Origin: an uncultured Clostridia bacterium
GTDB lineage: Bacteria > Bacillota > Clostridia > Oscillospirales > CAG-272
Direction: 5' to 3'
DNA length: 64,000 nucleotides
Assembly: GCA_944384525.1 (NCBI GenBank)
Contig: CALWTR010000046.1
Location: 3,868-67,867 of the forward strand
The notes below the pieces were generated by a model. That model was not told where the DNA came from. It made no database searches and saw nothing but the letters and a program-made list of their open reading frames with translations. This document shows positions 1 through 11,285 of this stretch, one piece after another. A program made the translations under genes and the position numbers. Every line of letters starts with the position of its first letter. The stretch's first letter is position 1.

Positions 1-342
1 CTTTCGGCAGGGCACGCAAGGACCCTGCTCGGAGTAAAGAGAGCGGAGGATATGACTGCGCTTGCCGACCGCGCGGCAGAGACCGGAATGTCTGTCAGAG
101 AGCTTGAGGAGGCTGTCAAACGCATAAACCGCCGCAAGAACGACGCAGATGAAGAAAAGCATCTCCCGGTCCTAGACTATTACAAGGACCTTGAAAGAAA
201 ACTGATGGAGAATACCGGAAGAAGAGTACGCCTCTCCGGAAAAACAGGAAAAAAGACTCTTACATTTTACTATGAGGATAATGACGACCTTCAGGATCTT
301 TTGGAGATGATCTGCGGAAAAGATTTTGTCGACAATCTTTGA
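1..342 (+). CDS. parB: ParB/Spo0J chromosome-partitioning protein, C-terminal part (5' end outside window)
   Basis: Frame 1 is open from base 1. Translation begins LSAGHARTLLG (ParB-type motif) and continues through the listed 96-aa ORF to the stop at 342. Confidence 0.85.
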   Translation, partial: LSAGHARTLLGVKRAEDMTALADRAAETGMSVRELEEAVKRINRRKNDADEEKHLPVLDYYKDLERKLMENTGRRVRLSGKTGKKTLTFYYEDNDDLQDLLEMICGKDFVDNL

Positions 343-433
343 CATGTAACCTTTAGTTGTCATTTTGAGGTTGGGTCCGCTTTGGCAGACAAAACAACAC
401 GATATGAATCTGAAAGGCACGGTAATTTAAAAA

Positions 434-979
434 ATGAAGGAGTTTTACGAGCGTTTTTTGGTGATACGTCTCTCTGACTATCCCGGACTCGGAATAAATT
501 CAGACCTTAATATTGTCATTATAATCGCTGCGCTTGCCGCGTTGCTGTGCATCACCGCTGTCGTCATGAATATAAAAATACAGCGCATCTCTGAGGTCAT
601 AAAGCGCATGCTGCGCATTGATGCCACCTCTCCGGAGAACGCAAAAACATTTGCGGAACTTAAATTCACCTCTGAGAGGCTTTTCAGGCTTATTCTGAAC
701 GATAAAGAGAGCAGGGAGATAATAAAGACCGTCGGAGAGAAAAGTTACAGCTACGATGAATATGCCGCACTTCAGAAGCAGAAATATGATTTTAAAAAGG
801 ATATAGATATCAAAGAAATACGTTTCTATATCCCTAGCGAAAGTCTGGCCTCTGCCGAAAAGCTGATCATGAGAAGGGCAGGGATCCTTCAGATCCTCCT
901 GTACTGCGTTGCCATTTTCGCGATCGCCGCACTGCTTGTGATATTTCTGCCGGAGATACTTCGGCTCATCGCCTCATGA
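434..979 (+). CDS. hypothetical membrane protein
   Basis: ORF track 181 aa. Two hydrophobic segments (IVIIIAALAALLCITAVVM; ILQILLYCVAIFAIAALLVIFL). Only 19 nt to the next same-strand gene. No family recognised. Confidence 0.55.
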   Translation: MKEFYERFLVIRLSDYPGLGINSDLNIVIIIAALAALLCITAVVMNIKIQRISEVIKRMLRIDATSPENAKTFAELKFTSERLFRLILNDKESREIIKTVGEKSYSYDEYAALQKQKYDFKKDIDIKEIRFYIPSESLASAEKLIMRRAGILQILLYCVAIFAIAALLVIFLPEILRLIAS

Positions 980-998
980 GGTTTTTGAGGAGACGTAA

Positions 999-1481
999 AT
1001 GACAGCCGCAGAGGACATGCGCCGCCGCAGGCGGCGCGGAAACACAATACTTTTTTCAAAAGACGGAGAATATCTGATCCCTCTGTCGGATTATCTCAAT
1101 ACTATGGATCGCAGAGCTGTTGTGATCTGGGCTCTCGGACTGGCGGATGACGCCGCCTGGCTTTGGGCTGGCGGCAGGGAAAAGATGAGCCTCGCCCGTC
1201 GATTTATTCTTGATTGCCATGCCGCCGCACACGACATGATTGATCCGGCGGATGTAGCTCTCTGCCATGCGATCGGGCAGGCCTGCTCCGTTGTTCACAC
1301 AACAAAACATGCGCTCGGATTCCCGCTCTATGATCTGACCGCAACCGCGTTGTCCGCTGGCGACTGCGATATAGATAAACTGCTTGACGCAAAGCTGTCC
1401 CTCTATTTTGACCGCGCTGTTGCCGCAGTAAGAGCTCTTGCCTCTTATCAGGGCGACTGGGCGCCTTTCATGAATAAATAA
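999..1481 (+). CDS. hypothetical protein, tentatively Imm-5-like (immunity-type helical domain)
   Basis: ORF track 160 aa. Arg-rich N-terminus, then an Ala/His-rich core (WALGLADDAAW, CHAIGQACSVVHTTKHA) that resembles Imm-5-like domains. The assignment is tentative. Confidence 0.5.
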   Translation: MTAAEDMRRRRRRGNTILFSKDGEYLIPLSDYLNTMDRRAVVIWALGLADDAAWLWAGGREKMSLARRFILDCHAAAHDMIDPADVALCHAIGQACSVVHTTKHALGFPLYDLTATALSAGDCDIDKLLDAKLSLYFDRAVAAVRALASYQGDWAPFMNK

Positions 1482-1485
1482 AAAA

Positions 1486-1515
1486 GCCCCCGACGATTTT
1501 CGCCGGGGGAAATTT
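1486..1515. terminator. bidirectional rho-independent terminator between convergent genes
   Basis: Stem CCCCCG (1487-1492) pairs with CGGGGG (1504-1509), with an A-run upstream and a T-run downstream. It sits between the 999..1481(+) gene and rnj(-). Confidence 0.7.
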
Positions 1516-3189
1516 TTATACATCCATGATGACTGGCAATATCATCGGATCTCTTTTTGTCTTTGCAAAAATAAATTTTGAAAGGTCATCTCTTATCGCG
1601 CTTTTTATCTGCATATAATCGCGGACCTTTCTTTTCATTGCCCTTTCCAGAACTCGGAGCGCGACTTTTCTCGCCTCCTCCATCAGCTCCTCAGATTCCC
1701 TGACATAAACAAATCCACGAGAGACGATATCGGGGCCGGACAAGATCAAGGATTCTTCCATATTGACAGTAACGACAACGACTATCAATCCATCCTGAGA
1801 CAGGTGCTTTCTGTCCCTGAGCACTACGCTTCCTATATCCCCGACTCCGCTGCCGTCAACGAGCACCTTCCCGCTTGTCACCGTCCCATTGAAACGCGCG
1901 GAACGGCGATCTATTTCCAAGACCCGGCCGACCTCACCTACGAAAATATGATTTGAGGGTATCCCCATAAATTCCGCAATTTCTTTATTGGCGTACAGGT
2001 GGCGATCCTCGCCGTGTATGGGCATGAAATATTTGGGTTTGAGCAGAGACATGAGCAGTTTCAGCTCCTCGCGGCACGCATGGCCTGAAACGTGTACCTC
2101 TGCGACAGAATCATTGACGACCTTTATGCCGTTTTTAACGAGCGCATTTATTATACGTCCGACGAGCTTCTCGTTGCCGGGGATCGCAGATGCGCTGAGT
2201 ACAACGATATCGTTCGGAGCAAGCTTTACCTTGTCATGCTCTGAAAATGCGATACGATAAAGCGCAGACATCGGCTCCCCCTGGCTTCCGGTCGTTATAA
2301 GAGTGAGCTTTTCCGGCTTATACCGCTTTATTTCATTTATATCAATGAGCACATTGTCCGGCAGATTCATGTATCCAAGCTCCGATGCCGCTCCTATAAC
2401 ATTGACCATAGACCTGCCGAGCACCGCGACCTTTCTGCCGTGCTTGTGGGATGCGTCTATTATCTGCTGAACTCTGTGTACGTTTGAGGAGAATGTAGCT
2501 ATTATCATTCTGTGCCCCTCGTACTGAGTAAATAGCTGTTCGAGCGAATTTCCGACAGTTCTCTCAGAGGGAGTGAATCCGGGGCGTTCAGAGTTTGTCG
2601 ACTCGCAGAGAAGGAGAGTAACTCCGCTTCTTCCTATCTCTCCTATACGTGTTAGATCCATCATATTGCCGTCTATCGGAGAGACGTCAAGCTTGAAGTC
2701 ACCGGAATGGAATACCGTTCCCACCGGTGTGCGTATGGATATCGCGCAAGCATCCGCGATAGAGTGATTTACATGTATGAATTCTGCTTTGAATACTCCG
2801 AGGCTGATCACGTCTCCTGCCTCGACCGTATAAAGATCCGGTATTTCTTTCGGAGGCATCTCCGACAGCTTATTAGCAAGTATCCCCATAGTCAGTCTGG
2901 TACCGTATACCGGTACGTTTATCTGCTGAAGTACATACGGAACGGCTCCTATATGATCCTCGTGTCCGTGTGTAAGAAGTATGGCACGCACCTTGCTTGC
3001 ATTTTTGATAAGATAGCTGATATCCGGAATGACCAGATCTATCCCGAGCATATCGTCATCCGGGAAAGCCAGGCCGCAGTCCACTACGATGATATCCTCG
3101 CCGTACTCGATCGCAGTCATGTTTTTACCTATCTCCTGCAATCCGCCGAGCGACACCACGCGCAGCTTAGCATTGTTGTTTTTATTCAT
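1516..3189 (-). CDS. rnj: ribonuclease J (metallo-beta-lactamase/beta-CASP RNase)
   Basis: 557 aa. N-terminus LRVVSLGGLQEIGKNM, the HGHEDHIG zinc motif and the overall length are typical of RNase J. Confidence 0.95.
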   Translation of the reverse strand: MNKNNNAKLRVVSLGGLQEIGKNMTAIEYGEDIIVVDCGLAFPDDDMLGIDLVIPDISYLIKNASKVRAILLTHGHEDHIGAVPYVLQQINVPVYGTRLTMGILANKLSEMPPKEIPDLYTVEAGDVISLGVFKAEFIHVNHSIADACAISIRTPVGTVFHSGDFKLDVSPIDGNMMDLTRIGEIGRSGVTLLLCESTNSERPGFTPSERTVGNSLEQLFTQYEGHRMIIATFSSNVHRVQQIIDASHKHGRKVAVLGRSMVNVIGAASELGYMNLPDNVLIDINEIKRYKPEKLTLITTGSQGEPMSALYRIAFSEHDKVKLAPNDIVVLSASAIPGNEKLVGRIINALVKNGIKVVNDSVAEVHVSGHACREELKLLMSLLKPKYFMPIHGEDRHLYANKEIAEFMGIPSNHIFVGEVGRVLEIDRRSARFNGTVTSGKVLVDGSGVGDIGSVVLRDRKHLSQDGLIVVVVTVNMEESLILSGPDIVSRGFVYVRESEELMEEARKVALRVLERAMKRKVRDYMQIKSAIRDDLSKFIFAKTKRDPMILPVIMDV

Positions 3190-3269
3190 TTTTTAATGTC
3201 CGTTTCTCCGGCGAAATCACGACCGCCCGCCCCTCGCCGGAAGGGCAGGTTTTCATATGTAGCGGCGGC

Positions 3270-3542
3270 TCACAGCAGAAAGTAGAGCAGGGTAAAAATT
3301 GCCGCCGAAAAAAGCGTTCCTATCAGGAACGGTAAAAAAGTACCGCGTCGAACCACGGCTTTCCGCGGACGGGCTCTTGAGATGATATTCTCCCTCAGGA
3401 TACGATTAGCTTCCCTGACCATATCCTCCTCCGCTCCGGGGGAGACTGCAGCGTCGTCTTTTATGACGAAATACGCCTCCTCAAAAACATCGCTGTCCGT
3501 ATTCCGCAGAAAAATTATTTTTTTCTGACATCCTCTCAGCAT
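3270..3542 (-). CDS. hypothetical small tail-anchored membrane protein
   Basis: ORF track 90 aa. Charged N-terminal part and a C-terminal hydrophobic segment (FLPFLIGTLFSAAIFTLLYFLL). No family recognised. Confidence 0.5.
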   Translation of the reverse strand: MLRGCQKKIIFLRNTDSDVFEEAYFVIKDDAAVSPGAEEDMVREANRILRENIISRARPRKAVVRRGTFLPFLIGTLFSAAIFTLLYFLL

Positions 3543-3660
3543 TTTAACACTCCGAAAAACTATTTGGATTCTCTCGTATAATTATAGAACCAAAGCAAAT
3601 ATTTTATTCGGATATAGTTTAAATATGCTGACTTTTTCGGACCAAATCTGATAAAGCCGC

Positions 3661-3699
3661 GAAAAACCGCGCGCAAAACACATTTTTAGTGTCGCGCGC
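3661..3699 (-). terminator. rho-independent terminator downstream of the XRE-family gene
   Basis: GCGCGC (3669-3674) plus ACAC (3678-3681) pair with GTGT (3689-3692) plus GCGCGC (3694-3699). On the minus strand the hairpin is followed by GG and then TTTTT (plus-strand AAAAA at 3662-3666). Confidence 0.5.
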
Positions 3700-3801
3700 A
3701 CATCTTCGCAATCATTAAAATTTCTGTCACTAAATCGCGCGGGAGACGCAAGGCCTGACGCCTTTACGGACCCGCGCTGATATATGTAAACTGGAGTTTG
3801 C

Positions 3802-4542
3802 TTATTTTCCGAAAAGTCTGTTCCAGAAACCGCGTTTTTCCTTCTTCTGCTCCGGTGCAGCGGCAACCTCTTCCGCCGGCTTTTTCTCCTCTTCGGCGGG
3901 AGCAGTTTCTGTAGCGGCAGGCTCTGCAACGGGACTTTCGGGAACAGTCTCTTCGACCGGAGCGGGCTCTTCTGCTGCCGGCTCCTCAGAGACAGTATTT
4001 TCAGCAGCCTCGACCTTAGGCTCTTCAGCTATCTCGGGCTCCTCTGCGACCTTAGGCTCTTCAACCGGCTTAGTCTCCTCAACAGCCTTGGGTTCTTCAA
4101 CTGTCTTGGGCGCTTCGACGACCTTGGGCTCTTCGACCGTCTTAATGTCTTCCGCCTTTGACGCTGCGGGCTCAGTCTTGGTCTCTTCGGCGGCGGGAGC
4201 AGGCTTCTCAGCAGTCCTTGCAAATCCGCGCTTGGTCACCTCGTCGGCCTTTACGTTCTCCTCCTTGTTGACCTCGCTCTCTATCTGAGCGGCGACCTCT
4301 TTGGAAATACGTCTTCTCTTCTTCTTCTCCGGAACGATGACCTCGTAGGTCTCGTCGAGCAGATCGTCGATAGATATCTCAAAAAGGTTCTTTATCTCAA
4401 TGAGCTTGAGCACCTCGGGATAAGACTGACCGCACTCCCATTTATAAACCGCCTGACGCGATACACCGACCGCGCTTGCAAACTCGTCCTGAGTGAGACC
4501 GCGCAGTTTTCTGAGCTTTACGATCTTTTCTTTAAAAGTCAT
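3802..4542 (-). CDS. XRE-family helix-turn-helix protein with long acidic Pro/Glu/Lys repeat tail
   Basis: 246 aa. The N-terminus LRKLRGLTQDEFASAVGVSRQAVYKWECGQSYP is a classic XRE HTH. Residues ~111-235 are a low-complexity E/P/A/K/V region, and the protein ends EKRGFWNRLFGK. Confidence 0.85.
   Translation of the reverse strand: MTFKEKIVKLRKLRGLTQDEFASAVGVSRQAVYKWECGQSYPEVLKLIEIKNLFEISIDDLLDETYEVIVPEKKKRRRISKEVAAQIESEVNKEENVKADEVTKRGFARTAEKPAPAAEETKTEPAASKAEDIKTVEEPKVVEAPKTVEEPKAVEETKPVEEPKVAEEPEIAEEPKVEAAENTVSEEPAAEEPAPVEETVPESPVAEPAATETAPAEEEKKPAEEVAAAPEQKKEKRGFWNRLFGK
4006..4143 (-). repeat. imperfect 15-bp tandem repeats encoding (E-E-P-K-V)-like pentapeptides
   Basis: Protein residues 134-179 read KTVEEPKVVEAPKTVEEPKAVEETKPVEEPKVAEEPEIAEEPKVEAA. 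The DNA shows recurring gaccttaggctcttc / gaccttgggctcttc units. Confidence 0.7.
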
Positions 4543-4580
4543 TTTTATATCCTCACTTATATTTTTTGGGGAATTTGCTC

Positions 4581-5222
4581 TTATTTATGATTATTATACT
4601 TGATAAAAGTCAATGTGTCAAGACGCCAAGCGTCATTTTCATAAACTAAAGTTATATTATTTGTTACTTTTTGCGATTTTTCCTCACTGTTGATTACATT
4701 TACGTCCACACTTAACGTTACACGGCCGTTTTTTACAGACTCCACCGTGAGAGTATCGTATATATATTCGTTTTTCTCATCAAACAGTGCCTCTGCCCCG
4801 GACAGGACCATGAGCTTACCGCCTACATCTCCTCCGTCTTCTTCGCTCGACTGATAATAGCGGGCATAAGAAATTATGACGCCGTTATCGCTGACTGCAC
4901 TCAGCTTTGTTCTGAAAATGGCGTCTGACATTGCAGTGCTGTAAACTTTTTTTGTCATGTTTTTCAGGCTCTCTATATCACTGAGGCCATATTTGCTGAG
5001 GAATACGGGATCCGCCTCCTTATATCCCTCCGGCTCCTCCTCGCCTACGGTCGGGATACCGTTTCCGTAAAATATCTCATTGATTATGAAAGATCCCTCT
5101 ATCAACTCTTTTGCGGCCGTCTTTACCTCTTCCTCATCTACTTCGGATGAGGAACAGGAAAGCAATGCGCATGAGAGTGCAAAAACAAGCATAAGGCCGA
5201 TAAGACTTTTTATTGCCTTCAT
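4581..5222 (-). CDS. hypothetical lipoprotein
   Basis: 213 aa. Signal peptide with lipobox (LMLVFALSCALLSC-SSSE). No family recognised. Confidence 0.7.
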   Translation of the reverse strand: MKAIKSLIGLMLVFALSCALLSCSSSEVDEEEVKTAAKELIEGSFIINEIFYGNGIPTVGEEEPEGYKEADPVFLSKYGLSDIESLKNMTKKVYSTAMSDAIFRTKLSAVSDNGVIISYARYYQSSEEDGGDVGGKLMVLSGAEALFDEKNEYIYDTLTVESVKNGRVTLSVDVNVINSEEKSQKVTNNITLVYENDAWRLDTLTFIKYNNHK

Positions 5223-5256
5223 TTTAGTCCATGCCTTTCATTTTTATATATTGAGC

Positions 5257-5280
5257 CGGCAGCGGGTATGCCCGCTGCCG
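5257..5280 (-). terminator. GC-rich hairpin just downstream of gyrA (possible terminator)
   Basis: Perfect 10-bp stem CGGCAGCGGG (5257-5266) / CCCGCTGCCG (5271-5280) with loop TATG. The T-run lies on the plus-strand side only, so minus-strand termination is uncertain. Confidence 0.45.
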
Positions 5281-5294
5281 TTTCTGTTGGATGA

Positions 5295-7883
5295 TCAGAC
5301 CTCTCCGTCTCCCTGCTCCTCAGAGTCATCGCTATCCTTATCCGGCATATCGTTTTCATCGTTGCCGTCAGTATCAGATACGCTTTCTGCGGGAGACTCT
5401 TTCCTGAGTTCTTCCTCCGCCTCCTCGGCGTTCTTTTCTATGTCCTCTTCGCTTTGTATCTTAGCGAAGTTTACGATAGTAGCTCCTTCAGACAGCCTCA
5501 TGACGATAACTCCTCCGGCGCTCCTGGAATATACGTTTATCCCGCTCACAGGAGTCCTTATAATAGTCCCGTCATTGGTTATTATCATTATATCGTCATT
5601 TTCTCCGACAGACGCGATCGCCGCCAGCTTTCCGGTCTTTTCGTTGATATTATGGCAGGTCACTCCGCGTCCGCCTCTGTTCTTCATTTCTCTGAAGTCG
5701 TCAAACTCGCTCCTCTTTCCGTACCCGTTTTCAGTTATGGTGAGAAGTTTGTTGCCCTCACTGACGAGCGCCACTCCGACGACATAATCACCGTCGCCCA
5801 GTGTTATACCGCGGACACCGCGCGCAAGGCGACCCATGCTCCTTACATTCGTCTCAGAGAATCTCACAGCATATCCGTCATGAGTAGCGATTATGAGGTT
5901 TTCGTCTCCTACAGTGTGTCTTACAAACAGAAGTTCGTCTCCCTCATCGAGGCTGAGAGCTATCTTTCCACCCTTTCTCTGATACTCATATTCAGAGAGC
6001 AGAGTGCGTTTTATAACTCCGTGCTTCGTCACCATCGTAAGATATTCTCCGTCTTTGAATGCATCTACTGCTATGACTGCGGTTATCTTTTCTCCGTCTG
6101 CAAGCTCGAGTATGTTTGCTATATTCGATCCCTTTGCGGTCCTTGACGCCTCAGGTATCCTGTATACCTTTCTTGTGTATACTTTACCTATATTGGTGAA
6201 CATCATAAGATTGGAATGGCTGTTGGCGACGATCACATTTTCAACATAATCCTCTTCCTTTGTTCCCATTCCTATTATGCCCTTGCCTCCGCGATGCTGA
6301 GCCGTATAGAGATCAGCTCTCTGCCTCTTTATATATCCGGCGTGGGACATGGTTATAACGCATGTGTGTCTTTCTATAAGATCCTCTATATCGATCTCGT
6401 CTGTCGCTTCAACAAGCTCAGTCTTGCGGTCATCTCCGAACTTGTTCTTTATATCGCTCAGCTCATCCTTTACGATTTGCTTTATCCTTTCCTCATTGGC
6501 AAGAATATCGCGAAGCTCCTTTACGGTCGCCTCAAGTTTTGCCAGCCTCTCCTCTATCTTACGTCTCTCTAGTCCGGAAAGCTTTCCGAGAGTCATATCT
6601 ACTATTGCCTGTGCCTGCTCATCACTGAGTCCGAATCTCTCTGAGAGTTTTGCCTTTGAGTCCGGAATTGATTCGCTGGATTTTATTATCTCTATGATCT
6701 CGTCTATATTTCCGATGGCTATCATATAACCCTCGAATATATGCATCTCCCTGAGCGCTTTGTCAAGATCGAACTGTGTCCTCTTACGTATTATGCTTTC
6801 CTGAAATTCTATATAATAGTCAAGTATCTGAGGAAGTGAGAGTATTTTCGGCTCCCCGTTCACGAGCGCAAGCATATTCACGGCGCATGTATCCTGGAGC
6901 TGAGTGTATTTATAGAGCTGATTGAGTATGACCTCTCCGTTGGCGTCGCGGCGGTAATCGACTACTATCCTCATACCGTCTCTGCCGGACTCATCCCGTA
7001 TATCTGTTATACCGTCTATACGCTTGTCCTTAACGAGATCTGCCATGCTCTGAATAAGCATACTTTTGTTTACCTGATATGGTATTTCGGTAAATATTAT
7101 CTGCCTCTTATTATCGTCTACGCTTCCTCTCGCACGAACTATTACACGTCCTCTTCCGGTACTGTAAGCGTCATACATACCCCGTGAGCCGTATATTATC
7201 GCGGCGGTAGGGAAATCCGGCCCCTTTATGTACTGCATCAGTTCCGCAACGCTGCACTCCGGGTTTTCCATTCGATATATAGTTCCGTCAATGACCTCGC
7301 GGAGGTTGTGAGGTGGGATGTTTGTTGCCATTCCGACCGCGATACCAACCGAACCGTTGACCAGTATATTAGGAAACTTTGACGGAAGTACTTCCGGCTC
7401 CTCTCTGGTGTTATCAAAGTTTCTTGTGAAGGGAACGACCCTTTTTTCGATATCGCCCATCATCTGGTCTGCGATACGGCTCATTCTCGCCTCAGTATAA
7501 CGATATGCCGCTGCTCCGTCTCCGTCAATGTTTCCGAAGTTTCCGTGACCCTCTACAAGAGGATATCTGAGAGAAAAGGACTGAGCCATTCTGACCATAG
7601 TCTGGTATACGGCGGCGTCTCCGTGCGGATGATACCGGCCGAGAACGTTTCCGACGGTCGTTGCGGATTTTCTGAAAGGCTTGTCGTATGTGAGATGATC
7701 CTCATACATAGCATAGAGGATCCTTCTCTGGCCCGGTTTCATTCCGTCTCTGACATCGGGAAGAGCACGAGAGGTTATAACGCTCATAGAGTATTCTATA
7801 AATGCGGTCTTCACCTCTTTTTCGATTTTCCTGTCCTCTATTTTTTGATCCGGGAACTCTATATTGGTATTATTATGCTCCAT
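5295..7883 (-). CDS. gyrA: DNA gyrase subunit A
   Basis: 862 aa. Contains AFIEYSMSVITSRALPDVRDGMKPGQRRILYAM and YHPHGD motifs plus an acidic C-terminal tail. Lies downstream of gyrB. Confidence 0.97.
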   Translation of the reverse strand: MEHNNTNIEFPDQKIEDRKIEKEVKTAFIEYSMSVITSRALPDVRDGMKPGQRRILYAMYEDHLTYDKPFRKSATTVGNVLGRYHPHGDAAVYQTMVRMAQSFSLRYPLVEGHGNFGNIDGDGAAAYRYTEARMSRIADQMMGDIEKRVVPFTRNFDNTREEPEVLPSKFPNILVNGSVGIAVGMATNIPPHNLREVIDGTIYRMENPECSVAELMQYIKGPDFPTAAIIYGSRGMYDAYSTGRGRVIVRARGSVDDNKRQIIFTEIPYQVNKSMLIQSMADLVKDKRIDGITDIRDESGRDGMRIVVDYRRDANGEVILNQLYKYTQLQDTCAVNMLALVNGEPKILSLPQILDYYIEFQESIIRKRTQFDLDKALREMHIFEGYMIAIGNIDEIIEIIKSSESIPDSKAKLSERFGLSDEQAQAIVDMTLGKLSGLERRKIEERLAKLEATVKELRDILANEERIKQIVKDELSDIKNKFGDDRKTELVEATDEIDIEDLIERHTCVITMSHAGYIKRQRADLYTAQHRGGKGIIGMGTKEEDYVENVIVANSHSNLMMFTNIGKVYTRKVYRIPEASRTAKGSNIANILELADGEKITAVIAVDAFKDGEYLTMVTKHGVIKRTLLSEYEYQRKGGKIALSLDEGDELLFVRHTVGDENLIIATHDGYAVRFSETNVRSMGRLARGVRGITLGDGDYVVGVALVSEGNKLLTITENGYGKRSEFDDFREMKNRGGRGVTCHNINEKTGKLAAIASVGENDDIMIITNDGTIIRTPVSGINVYSRSAGGVIVMRLSEGATIVNFAKIQSEEDIEKNAEEAEEELRKESPAESVSDTDGNDENDMPDKDSDDSEEQGDGEV

Positions 7884-7928
7884 CTTTGATATTTCCTTTG
7901 TCTTTATTTAAAAAACTTTCCGCCGCCG

Positions 7929-9854
<1,926 letters not shown>

Positions 9855-9892
9855 TTATCCTTCCCGGGTTATTCCCAATGATTTCTTTTTAT

Positions 9893-10153
9893 TTATTCTC
9901 CGTAAAAGTCGCTGTCTCCCTCAAGCCTTATTTTCAGTCCTGAGGTAGATATCCGAGAGAGCAGAACTCTGTTATCCTCAAGTACTATAAAGCTTCTGGG
10001 CAGATCCTTATCAAGATAGTCTACCATCTCCTCTTTCTCTTTTTTCTTCATGAACTTCTTTGTTATCGAGGATACCGTAGCGCTGTCAAGGTCAAAGATA
10101 CCTATTATATTCTTTTTTCTGACGCTCTTCCCGTTTCCTATATGAAGATACAT
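9893..10153 (-). CDS. remB: DUF370-family protein (RemB-like)
   Basis: 86 aa. Begins MYLHIGNGKSVRKKNIIGIFDLD and occupies the conserved position between recF and gyrB. Confidence 0.75.
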   Translation of the reverse strand: MYLHIGNGKSVRKKNIIGIFDLDSATVSSITKKFMKKKEKEEMVDYLDKDLPRSFIVLEDNRVLLSRISTSGLKIRLEGDSDFYGE

Positions 10154-10164
10154 AAAAGCGCCTC

Positions 10165-11259
10165 CTATCTGTATTCTCGGAAAGAACCCATTTCCGCCGT
10201 TATGACATTTTTATTCTGAGAATGTATGCAATCCTCGCACATAGTGATTATGAACTGTTTTTCGCTCCCGAGACTGAGTATATAATCTCTTCTTCTTTCG
10301 TCCAGCTCGCTGAGCACGTCGTCGAGCAAAAACACCGGATATTCACCGGACGATGAAAAACACATCTCTCCTTCAGCCATTTTAAGAGAGAGCACCGTCG
10401 ATCTCTGCTGCCCCTGTGACGCAAAATATCGTGAGCTCTTTCCGTTTATCCTTATATCTATGTCGTCTCTGTGTATTCCGAAAAGAGATACTCCCGCCTC
10501 ACATTCTCTTTTTATGTTTTCGCTTAGGATCTCTCTGTATTTTTTTTCTGTATCCTCTTCGTTTTCTCCGTCAACATCACTTATATAGTAGATTTCTATA
10601 TTTTCTCTTTTCCCGGAAATATCTCTCTGTAAAACCGACGCGTACTTTTCAAGCCCCTCAAGATACTCTCTTCGCATTATATTTATTTTAGCGGCGGTCC
10701 TGGCCATGGCCTCATTCCAGACTTCTGTCTCCGCCGGATCGGTATACATTCCTCTCTGCATGCATTTTAGAAGAAAATTTCTGTTTTCAAGGACCTTTTT
10801 GTAGTCGGAGTAATACTTATAATATTCCGGTCTCCATTGAGCTACGGCAACATCCAGAAAATTTCTTCTTTCGGATGGACCTCCTTTTATAAGCTGAAGA
10901 TGCTCCGGATAAAATATCACCGCTTTAAAATATCCCAAAACGTCCGAAACCTTGTTCTCTTTGACTCCGTTATGGTACCTTTTGCGTTCTTTCCCGTCAA
11001 AAATATATTTTAATGTGTGACTTCTTCTCTTATCTTCAAACTCTATCCCGAGAGAAAATGCCTCTTCTCCAAATTTGAGGAGCTCTTTGTCTCCCGCTCC
11101 CCGGAAAGATTTTCCCCTGGAAAAGAAATATATCCCCTCAAGCACATTTGTTTTTCCCTGAGCATTGCTCCCGCAAAGAACATTTATGCCGTTGGAAAAT
11201 GAAATGTCGCACTCCTCTATATTTCTATATTTAACAGCCTGAAACTTTTTAAGATTCAT
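10165..11259 (-). CDS. recF: DNA replication/repair protein RecF
   Basis: 364 aa. Walker A GSNAQGKTNVLEGI, C-terminal FLLDDVLSELD signature, and dnaN-recF-gyrB synteny. Confidence 0.95.
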   Translation of the reverse strand: MNLKKFQAVKYRNIEECDISFSNGINVLCGSNAQGKTNVLEGIYFFSRGKSFRGAGDKELLKFGEEAFSLGIEFEDKRRSHTLKYIFDGKERKRYHNGVKENKVSDVLGYFKAVIFYPEHLQLIKGGPSERRNFLDVAVAQWRPEYYKYYSDYKKVLENRNFLLKCMQRGMYTDPAETEVWNEAMARTAAKINIMRREYLEGLEKYASVLQRDISGKRENIEIYYISDVDGENEEDTEKKYREILSENIKRECEAGVSLFGIHRDDIDIRINGKSSRYFASQGQQRSTVLSLKMAEGEMCFSSSGEYPVFLLDDVLSELDERRRDYILSLGSEKQFIITMCEDCIHSQNKNVITAEMGSFREYR

Positions 11260-11285
11260 ATCAAATTTGTAAAATATTATTTACA

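Noticed and set aside
3582-3929. 115-aa minus-strand ORF overlapping the 3' end of the XRE gene and the downstream spacer.
   Set aside because: It starts inside the XRE coding region in another frame, runs through two terminator-like hairpins and has a highly basic, low-complexity translation. It is most likely spurious.
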